Assembly (NCBI RefSeq): GCF_028641065.1
Contig: NC_073394.1
Location: 16,492,001-16,556,000 of the forward strand
Direction: 5' to 3'
DNA: 64,000 nucleotides
Origin: Leucoraja erinacea
Taxonomy: Eukaryota
Positions 51,601 to 63,499 of this stretch are shown here, piece by piece. Positions within the stretch are counted from its first letter, which is position 1; every line of letters begins with the position of its first letter. The translations under genes were made by a program, and so were the position numbers. Under the pieces are notes generated by a model. It saw only the letters and a list, made by a program, of their open reading frames with translations, was not told where the DNA came from and searched no databases.

Positions 51601-53949
51601 TCCAATTTAATCTGTAATCTTGCAAATTGAGGCGCTTTGTGTGCTCCACCAGATAATGTTTTAAAATGTGTTTTAAGTTTTTGTCACAATTCTTTGAATG
51701 GAAAATCTTTCCTTAGTTCATTTCTAATCCTTTGACAAATTCCCTGACCAGTCCACTAACAAAAATTAACTTTCCTTCTCACCCTGGCCCCTTGTCATCT
51801 TGTCCATCTCAAATATACAAAGAATTGTCAAATATGAAGGGTACAAAGGACTAATGGACAACCTGTTCATTAATTCAAATCTACATGAAAGCAAAATGGG
51901 GCAAGAATTGGTAGATAGTTCCCAAAACTAACATGGCTTGTATCACTACAGTTAACAAAGACTAAATAGTAGTTGGTTTTCTGTAAAATAAAACAAATAT
52001 GCTGATTTTTTTTTTTGAAAAGTAACCAAATTCTTTGTAAGTAGAAGCCAAATTAATTACTGTATTAATTTAAGTATTGTCTATGCTAAGCATAAATAAT
52101 GTTAAGATTAAATGTCAAATTATATTTTAACATCAAAGTAAGAACGAAATTTTAAATGGATAAAATTGATAATAAATTTGCCTCATTTATCATTAACCAT
52201 AAAAATGACAAAATCAATTTCAATATTTCTGATTATGTGGATTCACGTTTTGATGTTAAACAAGATAGACACAATTAAGACCGAAACCCCCATCCAAAGC
52301 CACAGGACAAAATGCCAAAGATTGAAATTTAAATTAAAACATCTTCACATCATTATAGCTGCAATGATTTTAGCTTCTATCCCTCTAAATCTTTTCTATC
52401 CAGATACCCATCGAAATTATTTTAATCTTTGTAATTGCATCTGCATCAAAAGCTTGCCCTGGCAGCTCATACCGTATACCTGTACTTACTGTCCTCTGTG
52501 TGGAGAAAGTTGCCCTCATGTCCTTTTAAAATATTTTCTTTCTCTCTTTATCACTGCCCTCTAACTTTAGACTCCCCTACCATCCACCTTATCTATGCCC
52601 CTCATGATTTTATAAACCTCAATAAAGTAATTCCCTCAGCCTCCTAGGCTCCATGTCAGTAACATCCTTGTGAATATATTTTGCACCCTTTCCAGCTTAA
52701 TTACATTGTTCCTGTAGTAGCCATTTATAGTTTGACGAACAGAACTGTGCCTAATACGCCAAGTGCAGTCTCACCAATGGCTTCTATAGTTGCAACTCCT
52801 GTACTCTCTCAAAGGCAAATGTGCCAAATACTTTCTTCACCATCCTGTCTACCTGAGGCACCACTTTCAGGGATTATGTACCAGTACTTCTAGGTCTCAT
52901 GCTTCTCCAATGCCCTCCCATTTACTGCGCAAAGAATTTAGATTCATACTGCAGGAAATCACTTTTTCAGACATATTGCCTTCTACATCATGCTTACAAA
53001 TTGAAGCTGTAATATAAAGATTTAGTGCACGTTGTTGGCACGTTTCCTGAGAAAAATATCATGTTTTAATCACCGTCCAAATGCCAGGAGCATCCCTGAC
53101 ATACATTTTCATAAGGACATGGATTAACAAATTAAATAATATCGACATTCTCTCTAAGATTATGGTGTAATTTCTTTACTGGCAGTGAAGCAAGGAAATA
53201 ATCCTAAACCTCAAAGGGCAAAGATATCTGACAACTGCAAGATAATGATGTGAAAAAATAAATATATTAATAATGCAAATACAGTGTTACAGATTTCAAA
53301 AGCCTATTGGGTGATAAGTTTAGCTTAGTTTTGTTTATCGTTTTCTATGTACCGAGGTACAGTGAAAAATGTTTGTTTGCATGCAATACAGTCAAGGAAA
53401 AGTCTATACATGATTACAGTCAAGCTATCCAGTGTACAGATCAATGATGATGGGTACAAGATAAGGATTGTAGGGAAATATGGATGTATAAATATACATA
53501 TTTGGGCTAAAAGAGTACAGGGAAATAACATGGGATATAAGTCAAATAGATAATTAGTTCAAAACAATGAAAACATAATCTGGCAGATCGGTTTCATTGA
53601 ACCATTGAGTGGCCAGTTGAAGCCCATAGAAACCCCATAGTTTCTGCGAACCAAGATGTAAGATGTCGTGCGTTTTGTTGTAATCCCATCCCCCCGGGCA
53701 GAGTGTGCATGCTATCGCTACAGGCCACTGGTACTTTCGGTGGGTCAGTGTGTGTGTGTTTGTGGGTCTGGAGTGGACGAGGAGAGGTAAATGAGCGGCG
53801 AGATGATGAAGAGCATCATTATCATAGGCCACGGTTCACTCACTAAACCCCTGGTAGATTTAACACTGCAAGAGGCTGGGCTGCGCCAGAAAATCAACCA
53901 CTGCGTTTATTGGGGTGGGGGAGATCAAACGGTCAGTTTAAGCATTACA

Positions 53950-54170
53950 AAAGAGGCGATGGCCAACTTTAGAGCCGCCACTTCACTTCAGCCAGGTCTT
54001 TACTCACTCGCCCGACAATCTCGGCGTCGCTCTCCCATCCCGTGGCCCTGGCAACGCCGCGCCGTGACGCGGTGCCCGCCGGGAGATGGAGTCCATTGCG
54101 CCCCAAATTAAACTACAATTCCCATCAGGTACCGCGGCGCCCACGTACATTTGAATTGGGTCCGCCTGGG
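53950..54170. promoter_or_regulatory. CpG-rich, probably bidirectional IFTAP/NWC promoter with two inverted ZNF143 (SBS) sites and an RFX X-box
   Basis: AAACTACAATTCCCATCAGGTACCGCG (+, 54110-54136) and GGACTCCATCTCCCGGCGGGCACCGCG (-, 54068-54094). X-box GTGGCC-CT-GGCAAC at 54042-54055. Local CpG enrichment in an AT-rich context. Confidence 0.85.
54008..54066 (-). other. IFTAP: Probable non-coding first exon of IFTAP (5' end approximate)
   Basis: Strong minus-strand donor CGA|gtgagta at 54008/54007, directly downstream of the CpG-rich ZNF143 promoter. Confidence 0.65.
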
Positions 54171-55189
54171 AAAATAAACCTTCAACTTAGTTCCTGAAAC
54201 AAATGTAAGGAAGAGCGGGAAAAACATAGATCATTTTTTTAAATCCCAATATTTGTATTTGCATTCAAACCAATTTAAATAAAATAATAAGAATAGAAAC
54301 CGCTGGAAGTCGACTTTGAACGTTCACCAGAAGTGCCATCTGGCTGATGGAGTATTTCTTGCATATTGCCTCCTGTTTCCATTATGTATCTCTAAACTAA
54401 ACTAAATATAAATATTCAGCTCCAATTGGCTCCAGGTTAAGACAAAGTGATAACTGTAGATTAAGGCCAGACGCCACGTAACCTTTTCTCCTGATTAGTT
54501 TATCCAGCCTTCACAAATATTTATTTTACAAACCATCCCACAATCAATTCGTTCCTTTGATCATTACTCATTACTCCCCTCCGAGGACCTATCTGAGGGC
54601 TGCTTTTTATAATTCAGGAACATATTTGGGAATGCCTAGCAATGATCTTCACCTACCTATTCCAGCCTTCACTGCTACCATAATTTTGAGGTCATAATCT
54701 CCATCTGATGCACATGCAACCAATACTGCTCTCGAAAGATTGAAAATTATTTTGCATCTTTTCCCATCAATGTTACAAATAAAGAACAAATACTGAAAAA
54801 CAGAAAAAAGTATTCTGAACTAGAATTCCAAAAACGTACAGTTGACTGAATGAAGATTTATTGACACTGAATTACTGTATCAATGTGAGATGCAATAATA
54901 ATTTGCCGGTTAATTTTTCTTTAAGTTAATGAATATAATGCTTTCATCAATAAACCATGAGGAAAGCATGAACCCCAAATAATTCAGTTTAAAAATATGT
55001 TTTCTTAATCATTGGCTTATCATTAAAATAATGCTAAATGGCAGCAACTATGCAAATTGCCTTGTAGAATGGTCAGTTTTACATCATCATAGTCTGTAAT
55101 AAAATATATGTCTTGATTTTCTTTTCATTTCTAACATAATGTTACATTCAGTTTCCTTTCAAAGGTCCAGCCTGCTATTGACTGCAATA

Positions 55190-56749
55190 ATGTCCCTGCA
55201 AATGGTTTCAGTGAACAGCAGTACCAACCTAATACAGCCAGGATTCTCCTTACTCAATTTTCATGGTGAAGTCTTTCTTTTTGGGCAAAAAGGGTGGCCT
55301 AAACGATCCTGCAGCACAGGCATTTTTCTTCTTCATCTCAAGGACCATCTACTGAAACTTAAACCCGTTTCATTTTCATCGGAATCATGCTACCTTCCAC
55401 CGCTGCGCCGGCCTGCAATAACTCATTACTCGGATCCCTCAGAAACAGGAAGCCTTTATTATATCATTCACGGTGGGAGAACTCCGAATAGTGAAGTGCC
55501 TAATTCACTTTACGTCATGAGGGTTTATGACAATACTGCCAAAAAGAGAACATCTCTTTGTTGCAGTGAAAAAAATCTGAAAGGAGATGTCCCCACAGGA
55601 AGATATGGCCACACCATCAATGTGATTCAGAGCAAGGGACAAACTATATGTGTCTTGTTTGGGGGTAGATCCTACCAGCCTCCTGGGCAAAGAACCACAG
55701 AAAACTGGAACAGCTTAGTCGATTGTTTGCCTGAGGTTTTTCTGATTGATATGAACACCGGCCATTGCACATCCCACATGCTACCAGAAATAGAAGAAGG
55801 ATTTTCATTCCATGTTGCTGTTTCAAAAATTGACACCATCTATATATTAGGTGGCCACTCCATCAAAGACAATCATCGCCCTGAAAGATTGCTTAGTCTA
55901 AAAGTAGATCTTTCAGGCATCCATCCCAGTGTTAAATGTACAGTACTGAATGGGGGTATCTCTGTATCAAGTGCAATAGTGACCCAAGCTGGCAAAGATG
56001 AATTCATCATTGTTGGCGGCTATGAATCTGAGAGCAAGAAGCGAATCATTTGTAACACCATCGTTTTGGAGGATGATAGCATTCAGATATTGGATAAAGA
56101 TCCCCCAATATGGACTAGTGATATAAACACAAGCAAAACCTGGTTTGGCAGCGATATGGGAAGTGGTGCAGTGTTAATAGGAATTCCTGGAAATACAAAA
56201 CAGGATACATCAGAAGCAAACTACTTCTATATAGCAAATTTTGGACAGCCAAAAGAGGAGAGCCAAATGTCTGCCAGCCAGGAATCCTTTACTGATCCTG
56301 AGGAATGCAGTGCATTTGAAGATTCAGAAGAATTTCACTTTGTAGTTGAACCAGATCCCTCTGAATATGTGGAAAACTTGAATGAAGGTGATGAAGAAGG
56401 ATATTGGATAAAATGCAGTGCCAACTGCAATATGAATATCAAGATCTGGGTGCCCTATTATTCCACAGAACTCAATAAACCAGCAATGATCTTCTGTTCA
56501 AATGCAGGTGATGATGGACACTGGGTACATGCTCAGTGCATGAATCTCACAGAATCACAGCTAATCCAGTTTTCTCAGGAGAACATAACGTACTTTTGCA
56601 ATGAACACTTTATTGATAGAAGCATTAAAACTCCACCAAAGATAAAGCAGATAAAGCGAACACCAATAAAAACCCCACGTAAGAAGTCACCAGCAACACT
56701 GAAAAGGACACCAATGAAGAAAAGCTTCCTGAAGAGACTGTTTGATTGA
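55190..56749 (+). CDS. RAG2: V(D)J recombination-activating protein 2 (kelch beta-propeller core, acidic hinge, PHD finger, basic C-terminal tail), single coding exon, 519 aa
   Basis: Translation MSLQMVSVN...QPGFSLL..FGQKGWPKRSC..YLPPLR..GRYGHT..QRTTENWNS..FEDSEEF..GYWIKC..HWVHAQCM..YFCNEH..KKSFLKRLFD matches vertebrate RAG2 throughout. Start placed at ATG 55190 (homologous MSLQM), downstream of a splice acceptor TTTCCTTTCAAAG ending at 55164, not at the ORF-track ATG 55139. Confidence 0.98.
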   Translation: MSLQMVSVNSSTNLIQPGFSLLNFHGEVFLFGQKGWPKRSCSTGIFLLHLKDHLLKLKPVSFSSESCYLPPLRRPAITHYSDPSETGSLYYIIHGGRTPNSEVPNSLYVMRVYDNTAKKRTSLCCSEKNLKGDVPTGRYGHTINVIQSKGQTICVLFGGRSYQPPGQRTTENWNSLVDCLPEVFLIDMNTGHCTSHMLPEIEEGFSFHVAVSKIDTIYILGGHSIKDNHRPERLLSLKVDLSGIHPSVKCTVLNGGISVSSAIVTQAGKDEFIIVGGYESESKKRIICNTIVLEDDSIQILDKDPPIWTSDINTSKTWFGSDMGSGAVLIGIPGNTKQDTSEANYFYIANFGQPKEESQMSASQESFTDPEECSAFEDSEEFHFVVEPDPSEYVENLNEGDEEGYWIKCSANCNMNIKIWVPYYSTELNKPAMIFCSNAGDDGHWVHAQCMNLTESQLIQFSQENITYFCNEHFIDRSIKTPPKIKQIKRTPIKTPRKKSPATLKRTPMKKSFLKRLFD

Positions 56750-56969
56750 AATTGTAAAACTTATAACAAAAATACTGCATGCAGATAATTATAAACAGTA
56801 CAGGGTTCTGACTTTTAGCATATTCCAGACCTATTACTGCATTAAGATATCAGTCGTTATTTTGTGGAATATAAATGCAGCAACCAGGCAGCTAAAGGCC
56901 ATCTCTGGATTAGTTAATGTCATTTACTGATAACAAGGTGGAAATTATTTCTTATTGAACAAAAGTTTA

Positions 56970-57081
56970 AATAAACTGATTTAACAAAAGATGCCGTTTG
57001 GTCAAATGTGACTATTATTATATTGTAAATTGCACAAATTTCTCAGAATACAATAAAACACAACACATTGAAAAGCAATAA
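56970..57081 (+). terminator. Candidate RAG2 polyadenylation signals
   Basis: AATAAA at 56970, 57052 and 57076 downstream of the stop codon. Confidence 0.5.
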
Positions 57082-57097
57082 ACTCTGTTGTGTAATG

Positions 57098-57757
57098 GGT
57101 CATAAGGAATAGGAGTAGAATTAGGCCATTTGGCCCATCAAGTCTATTCTGTCATTCAATCATGGCTGATCTATCTCTCCCTCCCAACCCCATTCTCCTG
57201 CCTTCTCCCCATAACCTCTGACACCTGTACTAATCAAGAATCTATTTGTCTCTGCCTTACAAATATCCACAGACTTGACATCCACAGCCTTCTGTGACAA
57301 AGAATTCCACAGATTCACCACCCTCTGACTAAATACATTTCTCATCTCCTTCCTAAAAGAGCGCCCTTTAATTCTGAGGCTATGACCTCTAGTCCTAGAC
57401 TCTCCCACTCATGGAAACATCCTCTCCACATCCACTCTATCCAGCCCTTTCACTATTCTGTATGTTCCAATTAGGTCCCCCCTCATTCTTCTAAACTCCA
57501 GCGAGTCCAGTCCCAGTGCCGACAAACGCTCATCGTAGGTTAACCTACTCATTCCTGGGATCATTCGTGTAAACCTCCTCTGAACCCTCTCAAGAGTCAG
57601 CACGTCCTTCCTCAGATATGGTGCCCAAAATTGCTCACAAAATACCAAATGCAGCCTTACCAGCGCCTTATAGAGCCTCAACATTACATCCCTGTTTTTG
57701 TATACAAGCCCTCTTGAAATAAATGCAAGCATTGAGTTTGCTTTCTTTATTACCAAT
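57098..57757 (-). mobile_element. CR1/HER1 LINE 3' fragment
   Basis: KKANSMLAFISRG..LYKALVR..VQRRFTRMIPG..RGDLI..RTRGHSLRIKG. Confidence 0.9.
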
Positions 57758-58244
57758 GGGAACCTATGTTTAAATTATATTTAAATATTATTTGATCTTG
57801 AACAATTTCATAAGGTTACCTTCACTATTTCTTTGCGTTAGTGCCTTGAATGCTGCATTCCAAGGGATATGGGGAGGAGAATGGGGTTGAGAGGGATAGA
57901 TCAGCTATGATTGAATGGTAGAGTAGACTCGTTGGGTTGAATGGTCTAATTCTGCACCCATGACTTTTGAACCTATGAACATATTTGATGCTCAGATGAA
58001 TTACTAAAGAAACAGATAGCAAAATAAATTCTGGTACTCTGCTTGTAAAACAACAATTATTAACTCAATGGTGCTGGTAAAGAAAAAAATATGATAATCA
58101 TGCTTGAACTGCGACTTTTGAAATCTACACAATAAATTTAATTAATCACGAGCACTAATATGTAGAATTCTATGAAAAGTATAAGGTAACAAAAAGTCCA
58201 AAAGTGAAGTGATCATCAAAATATAAGTTAATAAATTATTTATT

Positions 58245-58372
58245 TAAGAAGGAACTGCAGATGCTGGAAAATCGAAGGTACACAAAAATGCTGGAGAAAC
58301 TCAGCGGGGGCAGCAGCATCTATGGAGCGAAGGAGATAGGCAACATTTCGTGCCGAAACCCTTCTTCAGACT
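58245..58372 (-). mobile_element. Short Penelope-terminus-derived repeat with a hammerhead-like core
   Basis: Minus strand reads GTCTGAAGAAGGGTTTCGGCACGAAATGTTG...; same family as 37472-37600. Another copy at ~59030-59160. Confidence 0.65.
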
Positions 58373-59377
58373 TGCATATTCCTGCAAGTTAATAAATGAT
58401 ATCTCAACATAAGTTAATAAATGAATCTCAACATTTGTGTTCATTCCGATGCCTTGGAGATATGTCCTGAAGATTATTTTGTAATGGTCTCCAGCTCTAG
58501 TTGTTGTTTTAGTTTTCTAACTTTGCTCAAAGTATTTTCATGTGTTTAGTAATGCAAGTCATAGTACGGGCATGTAGGTTTTACATTCTCTGTAAACCAA
58601 AATCATTCAGGCATAGTAACAAATTCTGCTGCCAAATCCTAATTTGGGTAAACTCACATTTAGCAATCACACATGACCTATCCAGCTCATATATATATAT
58701 ATACACATATATCCTATATATGTGATTCCTGATCCAGCGATGTCTCAATTTTAAATTTTTGATCCCATCTTCCAAATCCCTTCTTGGCTGCACATTCCAT
58801 ATTCCTGCAACCCCTCCAGTAAAACAATATCCCAAAGTGACCTAAAAGCTTGTGCATGCTTAAAACTCCAGCATCGCTGATTTTAATTCTTTCGTCATTC
58901 ACGGCTTGCTTTTAAGATCTGGAATCCCCTCGTGAACACATCTGCCAAGCTTTGGACACCCAAGATAATGGCTTGTGTTAGTAGAAGCTTTTCTATAAAG
59001 GAGTTTGGAATAGTTAATTTAATTAAAGTTGTGTAGGAAGGAGCTGCAGATGCTAGTTTAGACCAAAGATAGACACAAAAAGCTGGAGTAACTCAGCGGG
59101 ACATGTAGCATCTCTGCAGAGAAGGAATGGGTGATGTTTCGGTCGAGACCCTTCATCGGACAATTAAATTTGTCCTGTTGCACTGTACCATTTCTACTTC
59201 TACATTAATAACAATAATTTGAAATATTACAACACCATTGACATACCAGTTCTATTCCAAAAATATTGATGCTGTGCCACAGAAAGAAATGTTAAGGAAG
59301 ATGACTAAAGGCTTGATCGAAAAGGTTGGTCTTATCATGCAGCTTGAAGAAACAGAGATCAAAACATAGAAAAATAA

Positions 59378-60155
59378 TGGGGCTGCCCCACTGCAGCGAC
59401 CTAATCCACGAGTTAAGAAGAGTGTCTTCGACCTTCAAGCTCGAGGGCACTCGCCTGGAAAACCGCGAGCTGGATCGACCGACCGCACACACACACACAC
59501 AAACACAAACACATCGCAAAGTCGGGGGCCAGGGAAAGCGGGAGAGCGCTGTCTGAAATTCACACCTGCGAAGAAGAGGATGATAAAAGACGGCTGCACA
59601 GTGTACAGTCCTTTAGAGAGCGCGGGGGGGGGGGGGAGGGGGGAGGGGAGAGAGAGGGAGAGAAGGCGAGAGAAGGCGAGAGAAGGCGAGAGAAGGCGAG
59701 AGAAGGGGAGAGAAGGGGAGAGAAGGGGAGAGAAGGGGGGAGAAGGGGGAGAGAAGGAGTGGAGACACTTTTAAGAAGTATAATAAAGCTTAGCGGGCAT
59801 TTAACCTACCGGTCGGTTTTCTTTGGTCCTGAAAACTCCAATGAGCCAATCAAAATGCCTGGTCAGCGAAGGAGATTGCCTACGGCTGCCCTTGACTGCC
59901 TGTAATTAAATAGCAACCCCACTCCATTGCACTACTAGTTAAAAAGAACCATGCCGATTAAATTTCAACATGCTGAAATATTTTCCGCGACCTAGCGGAG
60001 ACTGTAAGTTTGCAGGAACTTTCCTCGAACATGAAGGAGAGTTCCAATGACCTCAGAGGACCTCCTAGGACCACATATCGGCCATGTTGCGAGTTTGATT
60101 CGAGGGCAAACTCTTCTAAACTCGCAGATTAGGTCGCCGCAGTGGGACAGCCTCT
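59378..60155. mobile_element. Full-length Harbinger-like non-autonomous DNA transposon
   Basis: ~45-bp imperfect TIRs (GGGGCTGCCCCACTGCAGCGACCTAATC / GATTAGGTCGCCGCAGTGGGACAGCCTC), TAA on both flanks, internal (GAGAAGGSGA)n repeat. Confidence 0.8.
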
Positions 60156-60221
60156 TAAGAGGAGGAGTTGGATATTTGGTTCATCCAGCCTTCTGTAGCA
60201 ATCAGTACAAGCACAAGTGAT

Positions 60222-61350
60222 TAGAAACATAGAAACAGAAATATAGAAATATAGGTGCAGGAGTAGGCCATTCGGCCCTTTGAGCCAACTACATTACTAC
60301 ATTACTACAGTACTCCATTCAATATGATCATGGCTGATCATCTAAAATCAGTACCCCGTTCCTGCTTTTTCCACATATCTCTTGATTCCTTTCGCCATAA
60401 GAGCTAAATATAACTCTCCCTTGAAAATTAACCATCATAAAGATGACACCATCATGGAGATGTACAGCACAGAAATGGGCCTTTCAACCCACCACATCCA
60501 CACTCACCTTTTTGCCCATCTACATTAATCCTGTGTACCCAACTCTGTATTTTAGTACCATATTCCTGTATCTTGATCAGTCTTGTGTCTATAAATCTAT
60601 ATTCTTACATATATTTAGTATATCATGATATATCAATGCCTTCTGTAGATGAAAATACCACCGCAGTGAAGAACTTTCTCATCGCATTCCTGAATCATTT
60701 ACCTCATATTTTGAGTCTGTGACCCCTGGTCTCCCACTGACCCATTGGAAACAGCCACACTGAATCCCATCTGTCAAGCCCAATTAATTTCTATAAGATC
60801 TTCTCTCATTCTACTGAATGCCAGCAAATGTAAGCCTAATTAGACCAATCCTTCTTGATATCACGGGAATAGGTTTAGTGAACCTCTGTTACACTGCCTT
60901 TATGGTGAGAATATTGTTTCTGAAGAGTGGAGTGCACTCCAAAGACGTACAGCTATGTAGGTAAATTGGCTTTGTATAAATGTAAATTGTCCCTAATGTG
61001 TGTAGCATCATGTTAATAGTGCGGAGTGGACTCGATGGGCCGAAGGGCCTGTTTCTGCTCGGTTTCTCTAAAACTAAACCGAAAAACCAGAACTGTATGC
61101 AGTACTCCAGGTGTGTGCTCAGCAAGGTTCTACATAATAGTAGCTAGACTCCTTGTTCCTGTACACAAAACCTCAAAGCCAACTCACCATTTGTCTTAAC
61201 TGCTTGCTACACCTGCTTATTTGCTTTCATCGGCAGGTGTACAAGATCACCCAGATTCCTTTGCGCATCAACACTTATATAGTACTCTATATACATAGTG
61301 CCTCTATGTTTTTTCCTACCAAAGGGAATAACTTCACATTTTCCACAATG
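60222..61350 (-). mobile_element. Cluster of CR1 fragments with a nested HE1-like SINE piece (~60937-61080)
   Basis: CR1 tail at 60222-60425; HLEYCIQFW remnant near 61090-61120. Confidence 0.6.
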
Positions 61351-62734
61351 CCGTTGTGTTACGATTGTGATAAATTTTAATTCAATTTCAATTTTATTTT
61401 TAATATGTTTTATTATTTATTTATTATTTATTTTTATTATTTCTTGTGATTTTTTTTAATGATACTGCCTGTAAGGAAAATTCATTTCGTTGTCCCAAAT
61501 TGGAACAATGACAATAAATTGAATACAATACAATACAATGCAATTACATTTGTTGCATTCCTATTTGTTTGAGCAATTTCAAAATCTGTAGAATTTTGGA
61601 AGGTGATAAGTAGACAACAAGAAGAGGTGGTGATGTTTAGGGATGGAATTCCAGAGCCAAGAGATTTTGATGCAGAGGCATTACTGCAAATTAGGATGAG
61701 ATTCATATTTGGGATGTGCAAGAGCCGGGAATTGTAGGAACCAGATATCTTAAAGCATTGTAGGTCTGGAAGGTTTGAATGCAAGGATGATTTTTTTTTA
61801 ATCGAGACATTCAATGAACACAGAACTGATGCATTAAGATGATTTGGTACATTTCAGGACAAAAGCAGCAAGTTTTCAAATTTACAACATATCAAAAATG
61901 CTAAGCTGGCCAAATGGATTGGATCAGGTCATGAGAGACGTATGAATAAGGGTTTCAATGGTAGGCTAACTGAGATTAGGAACCAGGCATGTGGGCAGAA
62001 ATTCCAGGAGAAAGATAAGGTCAATGGCCAGAGGTTAGAGCATATTGTAAAGACCAAACTTCAAACAACACGATATTTAGTGAGATGACATTTCCGCATA
62101 TATACATTATGTTGGACAGGCTTGGGTCCAGAGGTCCAACATAAATCTTGCAAGCCAGTGAACAGGAGGTTCATGGAAAAGCATTGAAGGTCACTAGCTG
62201 ATGCCATGGCATGTCTAGACCATCCTTGACCTAACAACCATTCCCCAATGGAGCGAAGAACAGAGGAGAGCACAAGGACAGTGCAGTCATCTAATCCTGG
62301 AAGAACATTGAAGACTTCACAGCCTTTGATGTGAATGTCCTTCTCTTCATTCTACAGAATGTTATTTATTACAATCTCAATGTTATTGTTAACCCAACCA
62401 GAGGTTGACAAGTTGAAAAATAACAAACTCTTTCAAACAGATGAAAGCCCTGCTGTGATAAAGTATCGCCAACCTGAAACATCAGCTCTGTTTCTCTTTC
62501 CATGGATGTCTCCTGGTTATTAAGTGTTTCCAGCATTTTCTGTTGTAATATCAAGGTCATAACAAATTCAGTAATTTGGCTGAACTACAAACTATTCTCG
62601 GAAGCATACTAAATAAAGATTCGAAAGTCAAGGTATTACTGTACACACCACACAGCAGCATCCCCAAAAGTTAGAATCAATAAAGAGATAATGTTGGAAC
62701 ACTGATAAAAAAATTCAAACCATATCTTAAGATG

Positions 62735-63440
62735 AGTGATATTCAACAAATTCACCAAATCATTGATTTGGGACCTGAATAGAAGTGGCCCTAGCACCAA
62801 CTCCTGCGGAACACTAGTTACTGGCAGCCAAGCAGAAAAAACCCCCTTTATTGCCATTCTTTGCCTTCTGCCACCCAGCCAACCTGTTACCCATCATCTT
62901 CCCTCTGATACCATGGGCTCTCATCTTCTTTAGCAGGCTCACATGCAGCACCTTATCAAAGGACTTCTGAAAATCCAAGCAAATAACACCCACTGACTCT
63001 CCTTTGTCTATCCTGCTATTTACCTCCTCAAAAAATTCCAACAAATTCATCCCCTTCACAAAACCATGCTGACTTTGTCCTATGTTATTATGAGCTTCTA
63101 CGTACTCAGGGCAGTCACAGTGGCGCAGCGGTAAAGTTGCTGCCTGATCCCTATTGTGTGTAGGGTAGTGTTTCTGTGCGGGGATCGCTGGTCGGCACGG
63201 ACCTGGTGGGCCAAAGGGCCTGTTTCCGCGCTGTATCTCTAAACAAAACTAAACTAAACCTCATCCTTTATAATGGACTCTAAAAGCTTACCAACCACTG
63301 AATTCAGGCTCACTGGCCTATAGTTTCCAGTCTTCAGCTTCACTTCATTCTTGAACAGCAGAGTAATAGTTGCAATTTTCTAATCATCTGGAACCACTCG
63401 TGATTCTTGAAAGATCACAACAAATGCCTCCACAATCGCT
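62735..63440 (-). mobile_element. CR1 RT fragment with a nested, internally deleted HE1-like SINE (63109-63258, +)
   Basis: NLLEFFEEV..LDFQKSFDKV..SVPQELVLGPLLF; SINE head GGGCAGTCACAGTGGCGCAGCGG fused to a SINE tail. Confidence 0.75.
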
Positions 63441-63499
63441 GACATCTACTCAATAATGTAACAATTGCCAAGATATATTTTCATTCACAGAAGCAGGAC

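Noticed and set aside
53554-54111. ORFs over the CpG-rich promoter (92 and 106 aa)
   Set aside because: No recognisable homology; explained by the higher GC content of the promoter.
55139-55189. 17-aa N-terminal extension of RAG2 in the ORF track
   Set aside because: The upstream ATG lies 5' of a clear splice acceptor (55164), so it is probably intronic; homologues start at MSLQM.
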